38,997 nucleotides of DNA from positions 1 through 38,997 of the forward strand of contig JAUCBJ010000529.1 of the NCBI GenBank assembly GCA_032718475.1, read 5' to 3'. The notes beneath the pieces are model-generated. The model saw only the letters and a program-made list of their open reading frames with translations, was not told the DNA's origin and made no database searches. Both the position numbers and the translations under genes were made by a program. This DNA comes from Nemertoderma westbladi. Lineage: Eukaryota > Animalia > Xenacoelomorpha. Below, piece by piece: positions 12,031 through 22,895 of this stretch; position 1 is the first letter of the stretch, and each line of letters begins with the position of its first letter.

Positions 12031-15000
12031 TTACGTTATGGAGTCCCTAGATCTTTGTCGAATTAGGGAAGTGGTCGTAGGAAGAGTATCTTGCCTTCCA
12101 TGGTTTCCGGACAGTTTTCGGTCTCTTTCCAGTAAACCTAAGCGACCAGCTGGGCGATTAGGCTGTCGTGTTACTTCCTCCGCTCCCTTGGCCTGTCTAT
12201 GCTCCGCCGTGGTAAGATGAGGAGGCCATTCATCTTCTTCTTTACTTAGGGAGTCGGGTCCACCTAACCAGCCGGGAGTATCTATCCGTTCTTGAGGAGT
12301 TGCTCCTCTGGAAGCGATGTCGGCTAGATTAATCATCTCGGGGCGATGTCTCCATTGATCTACATTGGAGTTAATATCGTCATTATCTGAGGAGTATGGT
12401 GTTCCCTCAGTGGGTTCGTCCACTTCACTGCTCCCCTCTTCCCAATCCTTTACTTGAAGTAGCCGGTCTTGTGGCAATCTTTCTTCAAGAGTTCTGCGGG
12501 AAGGGCCAGTAAAGTACCAACCTACTCTAGTTCTTACCGCATAAGTTTGTAATGGCTGCGGTTGAGCAGGCCGTTTCTCCAATGTCTCGAGCGCCTCATG
12601 CGCGTTTTGGCCGATGAGGATTTGCACTCCAGGATAATCGGTTTGGAATCGAGGTATCTCAAGATGTTGGATGCTCTCGTCCTCGTCCCAGTTATAAGGT
12701 TCTACTTGGGTAGTAGCGAAGTTCTTTATTGCCACCATTTTTACTGACCTTATACTTTGTTCTCCTAATTTATCCTGTGGGGTGGACAACGCACCTATAT
12801 AGTAATCTGCCGTTATGGTAGATTTCCAAACTTGCATAATTCCGGACATATTTAACTTAGTTCGGAATTTGGGTTGTCCAGCAAAGATGTCCTCGGCTAG
12901 TTCTTTGTCGATGAATGTTCCTGTACTGCCGGAGTCAAGGAGGGCATTCACTATGTAACTCTTATTAGGACCGTGAACTCTTACCTGTACCACAGGAAAT
13001 TCTCGTATTCCTACGTGGGAGGTTGGAGCTTTCCAAGATGGTTGTCTGTCAAAGGTGGTTGGGGGGAACTCCGTGTCGGTGTCTTTTTCGTACGTAAGTG
13101 CTCGATACACTGCGGTATTTATTAGATAACAGGATTCGTTGGCATCGGAGAATTTGTCCGTATAGAATCCTTCCCACTCAGAACTTTGGTCAGTGTCGTT
13201 CACATCACTGAATTGGACATGTGATTTGGGCTCACTTACCTGACTCGGGCTGTTTCGTTCGAATTCCGTGTGCAACAAGCTATGATGTTTCGCGCCGCAC
13301 TTAGCACACCTTGCGTCAGAGTAACAGGTTCGCCGCTGGTGTCCGCGTCTGAGACAGTTATAACACAACCGCTTATCCCACAGGACTCCACGTCTATCTG
13401 CCAGGGATTTCTTTAGGAATTCTGCACACGCACTCAAACGGTGGGGCCCGTCGCACAGCGCACATTTTGGTTTGATGTTACTCACTTTACCTTGGGTAAT
13501 GTTATGCACTTTCGCTCGTTCTTCGGGCTTTCTTACCTGAATTCTGTTGGGAGACTGAGGAGGGGTCTTGGCAACCTGTTCTCTCCTATCATTGGTTCGA
13601 GACTTGTATTTACTTACGTCTTTTGGGGTTTTGTGGTCATAGTAAGATCTTGCTGTGTCTTTCCCGCTGTCCTCATGGGAGGTCTGGCTTTCGCCCTCGT
13701 CTGTATAACACACGGGTATTATTCTTTTCCTAGAAACGGGTTTCTCACTTACCTGATTTTCCGATGTTTTCTCTCTGGACTGCTTTATGAGTTGTAATTT
13801 GACCTCACCGTCTAGGAATGACATGAGATCAGCCATGCTAGGGCTCCGTCGTTGTTGCTCCATCATATACAACACTTTCTTGTCCCAGCGAGTACATACT
13901 CCACCCTTTGGTAAAGTAGAGACTATGGCTCCAATAACCATGGAACTCTGATATTCATGAGACTTACCTAACCAATCCAATTGTCTACAGATCTCCTGAA
14001 TCTCATCGGAAAACTCTATAATCCCGCTACTAAGGAACTTTCGGGGGGCTACTAGTTTTGCATACAAATACTTAGCGATGTTATCCTTATTACCATACCT
14101 GGTGTTTAATGTATCCCAAACTTGTCTTAATCCATTTGGATGTCCAATAAACTTCAACGCCATTAACTTGGGAGGTCCTTCCAAACATTTGATGAGGAAT
14201 CTCAGTTTCTCTCCGCTAGATAGTACAGAGTTCTGTATGCTATCTTCGTAATATTCATTAAAAGGTAACCATTTCATCTCATCTCCATTGAATTTGACGA
14301 TTTCTCCCACTTTGACCGCTTGGCGGGCTTCTGTTCTAGCCATCTGACGCGTAAAGCTTTCTTGGGCCATCGTGTTATTTAATATCGAATTATCGGTATA
14401 TAAATTTCTCGGATTATTATCAGGTCTATAGGGAATATCATTACAAACAGGTTTATAATCACCCTTAATAGGGTTTGCTATAGGAGTTTCTACTTCGCTA
14501 GCAGTATAGATGCGTGTAGGCTCCACACCTTGCGCATGAAATACTTCAGGCCTAACAGGTTGACACATTGTTACAGGGGGTGTTGGTATGCCCCTTTTTA
14601 CATTTACTAATTTATCGCGTTCTAGCGCGATACTTTGCTGCACTTCTTGTAGCTCCAACCTACTTTCCCTGACAGTTCCCTTGAACTGGTGGACCGTCTC
14701 CTGCATCTGTCCGAGCAGGACGTTCATCCCTTTTCGTCCCTCCTCCTCCCACTCGACCGCCGAAACGGGAGTTGCCAACGTTGTGGCGGGCGGGCGAGGG
14801 ACTACGGGCGACCAATCCATTCGCTTGGAGTCCATGACAGGAACCATTTCAGGGGCTGTTCTACTAGGCACTGATAGTTTCGTGCTATGTAAAGGGAATT
14901 TAGAGGTTGCTCCCTGGAATACAGGTGTCTCTAGCACCGAAGTGGTGGCTTCGAGAACAGGCCTAATTATTTCAGGCTCATCTGTTATAGTAGGGAGTCT

Positions 15001-16695
15001 ACTTACAGTAACAATTCGGTCTGTGTGTTCTGTACTACTTACGGCTGTGCTAGCTAGTTGTCTTCTAACAGCTGGAGGTAAATCAGGCAATTTCTGACGG
15101 GGAGACGTTCTTTTACGCCTACTTAGACGAGATCTATTTCCTCCACCTTCAGGGTCGGTGGTGTCTCCTTCCTCCGATGATGTATAGCCCTGTCGTTTGG
15201 AAGTAGATCGACTCATCATCTGCATTCGACTATCCGTTAACCGTTTATTTATACTATCTTGACTTTCCTGAATATTTTCCAACGCTAGCTGGGCGATCTC
15301 GTCAGACGCTCTCCTTTCTGCTTCTGCCAATGCCTCCGCCGCTTTTCTTTCTGCCTCTGCCGCTGCTGCTGCTACCTTTCTTTCTGCTTCTGCCGCTGCC
15401 GCTGCTGCCTTTCTTTCTGCTTCTGCCTCTGCCTCTGCTGCCTTTCTTTCTGCTTCTGCTTCTGCCTCTGCTGCCTTTCTTTCTGCTTCCACTGCCGCTG
15501 CCGCTTTTGCCGCTGCTGCTGCTTTTCGATCCTCTATCTGTTTTTTCTTGACTTGTTCTTCCTGGGTTCTAGCGATGCGGAGTTGTTCATCAAATTTAGC
15601 TTGGTTTGCAGCTAACATTTCAGTATCAATTGCGTCCAACACATGCTTGGTTCCTTCACTATTAGGGGAAAGTCCAGCCAGCCGTCTTCTAAACTCCTCG
15701 TCTCCTAGGAATCTCTGATAGTCTGACAGATAGATATCAATGTCGTCTCTCGGTCGCGGTCTCTCTGCTGTCACTTCACTTTCCACTTGAGAAAAGGTGG
15801 CATCGGTTGATTCTTCGTAGGTTGGTTGCTCAGCCAACCGGGATTTCCACTGGGCTGTTTCTTGAACTTTGAGACCTACCCGCTGGAACCAAGTCTTGAC
15901 AGCAACTTGCAGCGACGTGTCCTGCCTTCTTTTGGAAGTTTCCTCAAAGGCCGATAGGATCAGTCTAATGCGTAGGGTTCTTTCACGTACTTGATAAAGC
16001 AGCTCTTCCTGCTCTTGAGGTCCTTTTGGTTGTCGAAACAGTTGTTCCTCTAGTCTCTCTAAGGAGCCGAAGAATCCCTGCACATATCCTGCTGCCGACC
16101 TCTTCCAAACAGCTGGATCCATAGTATCTTTAGTCACTCCCATCCGGTATATGTCTTCCCAAGTAGCTTCTGACAAATCTAACGGGAATCCGGGTCCGGG
16201 AAAGTTCCATTGTGACTCGACAATAGACATCAATTCTTCCCTTGCGTATCCCGCATAACTATCCTGGGTCGATCGCTTATTTCTCGCCCAATCGCCTTGG
16301 TGTTCCTCCACCGCAATCAAGATCGTAGTTAGTACTGAGGCTGGAAGAGTGAGAAGGGGATCCGAGTAAGCTGTATCCATCATCTTCACTCCGCATTCGG
16401 GGGTCAGCTCTACAGTATCCGAACTACTGGAGCTATCGGGTCGCTGGGAACTAGGTTCTTGACCAAGATGTGGCTGCGATAGAACAGCTGCCTCTTGGTT
16501 CCGTTTGACCTGGGCCCGAGTGCCTATGATAGACCTATGGTGGATTAGCCTAGGGTCTGATACTACGGGAGGGATGACCTTTCTTTCAGTAGGAGGTGAA
16601 CTGAACTCTTTTCTTAATCGTTCCACACTCCTATCTTTGTCACAGATGGTTATATCGAGTAGACTATCCGACAGGTTTTGTTGTGTGTCAGACAT
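12031..16695 (-). CDS. BEL/Pao Gag-protease polyprotein (1554 aa), lacking RT and integrase
   Basis: Ala/Glu/Arg/Lys coiled-coil repeat, FNGDEMKW...EKLRFL...L capsid-like region (DUF1759-type), three Cys/His knuckles (CALCDGPHRLSAC, CYNCLRRGHQRRTC, CAKCGAKHHSLLH), LLDSGS protease, then short RNase H and C-terminal remnants in frame. Confidence 0.93.
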   Translation of the reverse strand: MSDTQQNLSDSLLDITICDKDRSVERLRKEFSSPPTERKVIPPVVSDPRLIHHRSIIGTRAQVKRNQEAAVLSQPHLGQEPSSQRPDSSSSSDTVELTPECGVKMMDTAYSDPLLTLPASVLTTILIAVEEHQGDWARNKRSTQDSYAGYAREELMSIVESQWNFPGPGFPLDLSEATWEDIYRMGVTKDTMDPAVWKRSAAGYVQGFFGSLERLEEQLFRQPKGPQEQEELLYQVRERTLRIRLILSAFEETSKRRQDTSLQVAVKTWFQRVGLKVQETAQWKSRLAEQPTYEESTDATFSQVESEVTAERPRPRDDIDIYLSDYQRFLGDEEFRRRLAGLSPNSEGTKHVLDAIDTEMLAANQAKFDEQLRIARTQEEQVKKKQIEDRKAAAAAKAAAAVEAERKAAEAEAEAERKAAEAEAEAERKAAAAAAEAERKVAAAAAEAERKAAEALAEAERRASDEIAQLALENIQESQDSINKRLTDSRMQMMSRSTSKRQGYTSSEEGDTTDPEGGGNRSRLSRRKRTSPRQKLPDLPPAVRRQLASTAVSSTEHTDRIVTVSRLPTITDEPEIIRPVLEATTSVLETPVFQGATSKFPLHSTKLSVPSRTAPEMVPVMDSKRMDWSPVVPRPPATTLATPVSAVEWEEEGRKGMNVLLGQMQETVHQFKGTVRESRLELQEVQQSIALERDKLVNVKRGIPTPPVTMCQPVRPEVFHAQGVEPTRIYTASEVETPIANPIKGDYKPVCNDIPYRPDNNPRNLYTDNSILNNTMAQESFTRQMARTEARQAVKVGEIVKFNGDEMKWLPFNEYYEDSIQNSVLSSGEKLRFLIKCLEGPPKLMALKFIGHPNGLRQVWDTLNTRYGNKDNIAKYLYAKLVAPRKFLSSGIIEFSDEIQEICRQLDWLGKSHEYQSSMVIGAIVSTLPKGGVCTRWDKKVLYMMEQQRRSPSMADLMSFLDGEVKLQLIKQSREKTSENQVSEKPVSRKRIIPVCYTDEGESQTSHEDSGKDTARSYYDHKTPKDVSKYKSRTNDRREQVAKTPPQSPNRIQVRKPEERAKVHNITQGKVSNIKPKCALCDGPHRLSACAEFLKKSLADRRGVLWDKRLCYNCLRRGHQRRTCYSDARCAKCGAKHHSLLHTEFERNSPSQVSEPKSHVQFSDVNDTDQSSEWEGFYTDKFSDANESCYLINTAVYRALTYEKDTDTEFPPTTFDRQPSWKAPTSHVGIREFPVVQVRVHGPNKSYIVNALLDSGSTGTFIDKELAEDIFAGQPKFRTKLNMSGIMQVWKSTITADYYIGALSTPQDKLGEQSIRSVKMVAIKNFATTQVEPYNWDEDESIQHLEIPRFQTDYPGVQILIGQNAHEALETLEKRPAQPQPLQTYAVRTRVGWYFTGPSRRTLEERLPQDRLLQVKDWEEGSSEVDEPTEGTPYSSDNDDINSNVDQWRHRPEMINLADIASRGATPQERIDTPGWLGGPDSLSKEEDEWPPHLTTAEHRQAKGAEEVTRQPNRPAGRLGLLERDRKLSGNHGRQDTLPTTTSLIRQRSRDSIT

Positions 16696-17927
16696 GTTTA
16701 GTTATACAGTTGAATGCCTACTGCTATAGTTACAGTTAAAGCAAGTCTAGTAATTCAGTAGGACTGTTGGCCTAGTACCGGTAATTAATTACAATATATT
16801 AGGATACCGGTATACACTTATAAATATAATATATATAAGTATTGCAGACTAGGTTTGTCACAGAATACCAGTATATAATTTCAGTGCAAATATATACAAC
16901 TATATAATAAGCCTATTATAGATACCGGTATATCAATTATTTAGGATAATTGAATTTCTGAAATTATAAGGTTACTTAGTTACTAGGGTTTACTCTATTA
17001 CCGTTATTTTAGCAGTAGTCCAACTGATATTAAGACCTAATTGTTGTATGACAGGCCTACTAGTTTATAGATCTTTTAAGTTGATTTATAATATATATAT
17101 ATATATACCCTGATAAGGGGTTTTGTTACAATACTGAAATAGATGTTACTATTTCTGGGAAATAATCACTACACAGAAGCTGTGCGCTCTCAGTGAAGTG
17201 CTACTTATGGGACACTAAAACAAATAATTCTACTGGCCTACGTTACTTATCTACGAATTACTTACAGTATTGTTGAGATTACAATCTCTAATAAACACAC
17301 GAAAAACGATACGTACGAATTTTTAGGGCAATTTAACAGGGAAACTACGAACCAGTCTAACAAAGGGTTAGAACTTCTGGTTATTACAACGGATAGGATA
17401 CTACGGTATTTGAAAATAATAAGCAGAAGTAATATACTGCGTTGTCCAGATAGAAAAATACCACCGCCTGACGACCTACAGCCGTATCGCTATAGGTACT
17501 ACGTTATGTATCACGGAGTGTTCCTACCTAGAAGTTAATAGAGCTAACGAACGTGCCTATCAACCACTTTACAACACAAATATAATGCCTACACTAATTA
17601 CTCTCGGAAAGCACTGTACACTAAACCCTAAATTAAGTTCAAGTACTTGTAAAACAGATAACCAGCAGTTAAATATACTTGAACAGTTAAAAGAACCACA
17701 GCATCTGCTGGAGTGACCGGGGCACAAAGTCACCAGTCTTTACCTACGCCAAGCAGCCCGTGTAGTACCGGGGTTAATTTAACTATAACGGTATGTATAA
17801 CAAACACAATTACTGTAGGAATAAACTTGGGGACATGAATGTTGCGAGTAATCGCATAAACTCTGAATAATAAATATTACGCTACCCGTACAGAATACTC
17901 AAATAAAATACAAACTAAATGTTGGCA

Positions 17928-18427
17928 GACTACTATCAAGCCTAAACAAACTACAGTATGTGCAGATTCCGAAACTGTTAGTTAGTATGCGTGCTAACAC
18001 GGTAGTACGACTTATTCTTTAGAAGGGGGTTGATCTTACAACTACGAGTTGCCCCAACTTACTAACTGGCACTTTATCAGACTTACTCTACACACGCAGC
18101 AATTCCTTCAGACCCAACAACAGCCAGACAACAATCCAGCCTACAAAATATCTGAATAATATTACGGTACCTGAACAGACTATACAAACAATACAGGATA
18201 AACGCCGACGGACTACTATCAAGCCTAAATAAACTACAGTATATGCAGATTCCGAAATTGTTAGTTAGTATGCGTGCTAATACGGTAGTACGACTTATTC
18301 TTTAGAAGGGGGTTGACCTTACAACTACGAGTTGCCCCAACTTACTAACTGGCACTTTATCAGACCAACTCTACACACGCTGTAATCTTCAAGCCTAACA
18401 ACAGTCAGACAACAGTCCAGCCTACAA
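17928..18427. repeat. Two-copy tandem duplication (283 bp period) in the element 2 leader
   Basis: GACTACTATCAAGCCTAAA... starts at 17928 and at 18211, with high identity over about 220 bp. Confidence 0.9.
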
Positions 18428-18607
18428 TGATCTGAACAATCTGAGCAGACTTACTCGTCTTCTGCTCAATATTAACTTACATGCAAATAAGAACTGACAG
18501 AAATAGACCTAAGTAAAATCCCAATAAAAACCAGGCTTCCCCGATTTAATATCGAGACCAACCGGTATACAATAATCAAAATCGAATAATACTAATGTAC
18601 TTATACA

Positions 18608-18734
18608 GCAGTACCGGTTATGACAGTTGGGCCTACTGACCTACAGAAGTACCGGTTCTGGCAGTTGGACCTACGGACCTACAGCAGTACCGGTTCTGGC
18701 AGTTGGGCCTACTGACCTACAGAAGTACCGGTTC
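18608..18734. repeat. 38-bp minisatellite (~3.3 copies) just inside the 5' LTR of element 2
   Basis: GTACCGGTT at 18611, 18649, 18687 and 18725. Confidence 0.9.
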
Positions 18735-18800
18735 AGGTTTACCGGTCGACCGGTACTTTGCAACCTTATTGCTTACTGCAATAAGATCAATAACTGTTAT

Positions 18801-20035
18801 TGTACGCGCTTTTGGAAGACCTTCAGCAGTTTAACCTGCCAAAATTTATATGTCTTTAGTTGGTAAATTGACTTTATGAGATGACAAAGATTTAATACAA
18901 AATAAATACAACATTAGCCGAAGCCAGCCTATGCGCGTTCATTCACCCGATGGTTCCACCCGGGAGACTGGATTCGTATGCTTAGATTTATTGCAGTGAA
19001 GCCTACATGTATTATTCGATTGATCACTAATATATAATCTCTGACAAATATTATTCACTTTCTGGAAATATTAGCAGTTCCTTTAGGACGTGGCGCTCTA
19101 TCTATGTAAACAGAGCTATGACTTATACTAAACACAACGATATGGCTTAGAATTCACGTATGAGACGCATTATTTAGGAAATGCTTAGTTATCAGCCACA
19201 ATCATACACACTACCGGTACCGCACAATACTGCTCACTGGTTTGCCGACAGTTACTGACTTTGATCACACATAAAGAGAACAGCAATTGACTCATGTAGT
19301 GGCTATCAAATAGCATTATATTCACTACAAACCACGATAACATAAGTCGCAATCGCTATGTAACCTGTCTCTCTAACCTGTAGTGTATCAAGAAGATTGG
19401 GAAATTTGGGTTATTTCTCGATATTCTTCAACTAATAACATCCAACTAACTGACACAAATAATTACAAACAGTAAAGCAGTAAGACGGTAGGTTAAGATA
19501 TGATGTGTTAAGATATGAACCAAACTTAATCAAACTGATAACAGTTATACGCTCTATAATCTTAAGCCTACTAATGTTTCTCATAAAGTCTGAAAACAAG
19601 TGATTCCAGAGCCGTTCTTGTGGCCTAGAATAAAACCAACACTGACTCGCCCAGCACAAATCCGTAGAATGTCTTCACAGGTAAAGGGTAAATCGCCCTG
19701 ATTGGCTGTTAAGCGGAACAAAGAAACCATGTGTCCAATGGCCCCTTCCACGTCAGCAGTCAGCTGGTAGATGTCGTAATCTGAATCCTTCCCACGACAT
19801 GGTGATAGAGAAAATGCCGTATTGCGGGTTTTTGTACCTTACTATGTCCGCTAAAGCATACATCCAGAAGAATTACTTTTATGTCCGTTAAAAACACCTA
19901 TACGGTACTTTGCGGGCCAGGGAACGGATTATATCCGTAAACGCTTTTACAGTAGGTTTTAGAGTATTTGAGCGCACGGGGGAATAACTGGATTGCGGAG
20001 CTAAGTGCCAGTTCTATCCCACAGAAGCTTTTACA
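18801..20035 (-). repeat. 5' LTR of BEL element 2 (1235 bp)
   Basis: TGTAAAAGC...GCGCGTACA on the - strand; both termini match the other two LTR copies. Confidence 0.92.
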
Positions 20036-21830
20036 TGCATCTTTCTGATTTCTCAACTCTTACCCCAGTCTTACCTACTGAAATTCTCCGTTGACTATCA
20101 TTAGTAAAAGGTTTGAGAAATGATACCCAGTTTGAGAAATAATATTCAGAATGAGATAGGGACCTTAGAACCCCGGTATGTGTGATGGTGGTAAAGTCAT
20201 TAGTGAGTATATTATCTATCGCCGTTGCACTATGTTCGGTTATTAGAGTAGGTTTATTTACCAGTGGTACAAAAAAATTTTGATTTAATATTTTTCAAGG
20301 AAATTTTGCGGTTGAGGACAATCATTTGCATGTAGAACATTTATATTGAAATCGCCAGTAATATAACATATTTTCCTTCATTATTTATTTTTTCTAAGTC
20401 CGTTTTCAAGCATTCCAAATGTTCGTGCTTTTAGACCTTTAGTAGTTTAACCTGCCAATTTTAGTTGTCCTCTTGTTTATAAATCGACTTTAGCCTATAT
20501 CAATTTATTTAGTGTACTGAAGTTACATCAGCCGAAGCCAGTCTGTGCGCGACCTTTCAGCCACGGTTTTGGGAGACTGGATTCGGATTCCTTGAGAGTG
20601 ATTGCGGTATAGACCTACTGTATTATTCGATTGATCGTTACTATATAATCTCTGACAATATATTTACTTTCGGGGAAATATTAACAGTTCCTTTAGGACG
20701 TGGCGCTTTAAGTATAAAAACAGAGTTATGACTTATACTAATCACAACTAGATGGCCACAGAGTTTCGTAAATAGCGCATTCTTTAGGAGATGCTTTATT
20801 AACCTTCACACTACTTCACACGACTTCACACTACTTCACACTACTTCGCATTGATCTGCCGACCGTCACTGAATTTGATCATATATAAGGAGGATCGCAA
20901 CTGACACATGTAGGGATTATGAAATAGCATTTAATTCACACAAAAACCACTATAATGTAAGTCGCAGTTGCTACCGGTAAACCTGTTCCTCTTACCTTCA
21001 GTAATCAAGAAGATTGGGGGTTTTATGATTATTTATCGGTATTCTCCAATATAACAGCAATATCCATTAATATAACAACAATTAATAACAGAAGTAAAAT
21101 AATGCGGTGAACAGTCAGTATGTGTTACTTATGCGGTGTTCCAGGTATGATGCAGGATGACATGTGCAGCAATGTTCCATGTTAATAGTTTTACGTTCTT
21201 ATATAATCAAAGCCATCTGATGTTCTAGGCCAAAGTCTGAAACTTCTACACAGAAGAACAGAAAATTCCGAGCCGGTTCTGGTGCTCAGAAAAATAGTAA
21301 ACAAAGACCGTAATGCATTGCGCGAGTTTCCATAGGCCTCTGTCAGACATAAAGTGAAAATCGATCTGATTGGCTGAGCAGAACAAAGAAGTTCCACGTC
21401 CTCAAGAAATCAGCTGACAGATTTCGTCATACTGAGCTCCAATCCCTTCCCGTCGCGTAGGGGATAAATTCATGGCTATTTTAGAGTATTCTGCGCATTG
21501 CGGAAAAATGACTTGTTATGTCCGCAAAAGCTTTTACACCAAAAATGAAACAATATCTGTGTTAGGAGAACGATAAATATTAGCAAAAATCACATTTCTG
21601 TACCCTTCTCTTTTCCACTCAACAAAAATTGTTTCATACAATCCACATTTAAAGGAACCCAAATCAGATCTTTTTTCACAGCCCAGGTCATCCCGGATAT
21701 AAATTCCTGCACCTCCACCAATTTTATTTGTACGAAAGTTATACAAAAAGTTATAGATTTCATTTGGAAAAGATCATGAATGTCAGCGTTTTGCCAAGTT
21801 TCACTTACACAGATTAATTCAGGGGGTTTA
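20036..21830 (-). pseudogene. Remnant of a CR1/L2-group LINE apurinic endonuclease domain, split by the solo LTR
   Basis: CVSETW, GGGAGIYI and NIYRSPN lie right of the solo LTR; TGDFNIN and NKPTLITEHSATAIDNILTN continue left of it (20419-20200). Confidence 0.85.
20420..21538 (-). mobile_element. BEL/Pao solo LTR (1119 bp) with 5-bp TSD
   Basis: TGTAAAAGC...ACGAACA on -, homologous to the other LTRs; flanked by CCAAA at 20415-20419 and 21539-21543. Confidence 0.92.
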
Positions 21831-21937
21831 TCCATGCATTGTATATGCATATATATATATATATATATGCATTGTACTGTATGTGTCTTTTATTAATGGT
21901 GCAGTAAACTTTGTAGTTACTTTATAGTGTTTAAAAA

Positions 21938-21958
21938 AATCAATCAATCAATCAATCA
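21938..21958 (+). repeat. (AATC)n microsatellite, possibly the 3' tail of a LINE fragment
   Basis: A-run followed by five AATC units; (AT)n nearby at about 21848-21868. Confidence 0.5.
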
Positions 21959-22895
21959 GGGTGAAACTCTGTTTCAAATTTCATGCAATCGCTGAACTGA
22001 ACTCTTGCTGTGTGTGTTCTTGTTGAGATTGATGTACTACAGTACTATCTGACTTCTGACGGTCTGACTCCTGGCTGCCTGGAATTGGAATTGGAATTGG
22101 AATTTTTTATTAGACGTCAAATCAGCTAAAATTTACGCAATTAAAATATAAACATTGACGATAACATAATAAAATAGTTAACAGAACAACAAAAGTACCG
22201 ACAAGCCAATGCACAGACCTTCAATCAGATATATATTAATTGTTCATTAAGCATCTGTACTGTATTGTATATTTATATAAAATATTAAAATACTGTATGT
22301 TACTGAAAATGAAATGGTCCAATTTAAAATAGGGTATAAATGACTGTACTGTATGTTTATAAAAAGCAAAATATTTTAATATGTTACTGAACTGAAAATA
22401 CGATGGGCAGAGAATATACGTAGTTGCACGGGGTATCTAAAATATTGAGTAATAATGATTTGTTGTCGAGGATAGCCCCATGAGACTGCGTCTCGTTTCC
22501 ATGGGGGTCCTCGCTATGTGATGAAAATCATATTGTTGTAATAAGTCCTTGAGTAAGATAAAAAATAAATTAATATAAGTAGTTAGTATTAATATGTCTG
22601 TCTGTTTTTGTCTGCTAATTAACATTTTAAAAATATGTTTTTTCAGATAAAAATAAATAATAAATACAGTAGATCTCAGTAGATACAGTAGATGATAAAT
22701 TAAAGAGGAATATCACACAAATACAAATATACAGTAATACATACATACAATAATAATACATACATGAATATAATACATACAATACAAATATAATAATTAT
22801 TTACACTAGTATCAAACAGTAGGAACCGAGCATTTAGAGGGAAATAAAAATATTGAAATGGCAGTGGCATAAAAAATGGTTAAATTCTTAGGAAT

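Larger units (their letters stand above)
8586..20035 (-). mobile_element. BEL/Pao LTR retrotransposon, element 2: non-autonomous Gag-protease derivative
   Basis: 5' LTR 20035-18801, 2.1 kb leader, 1554-aa ORF, 3 kb 3' region colinear with element 1, PPT, then a 3' LTR starting at 8985 and interrupted at 8586. Confidence 0.93.

Noticed and set aside
18608-18734. CRISPR-like array
   Set aside because: No unique spacers, eukaryotic context, no cas genes; the same applies to the arrays at 33326, 36374 and 38751.
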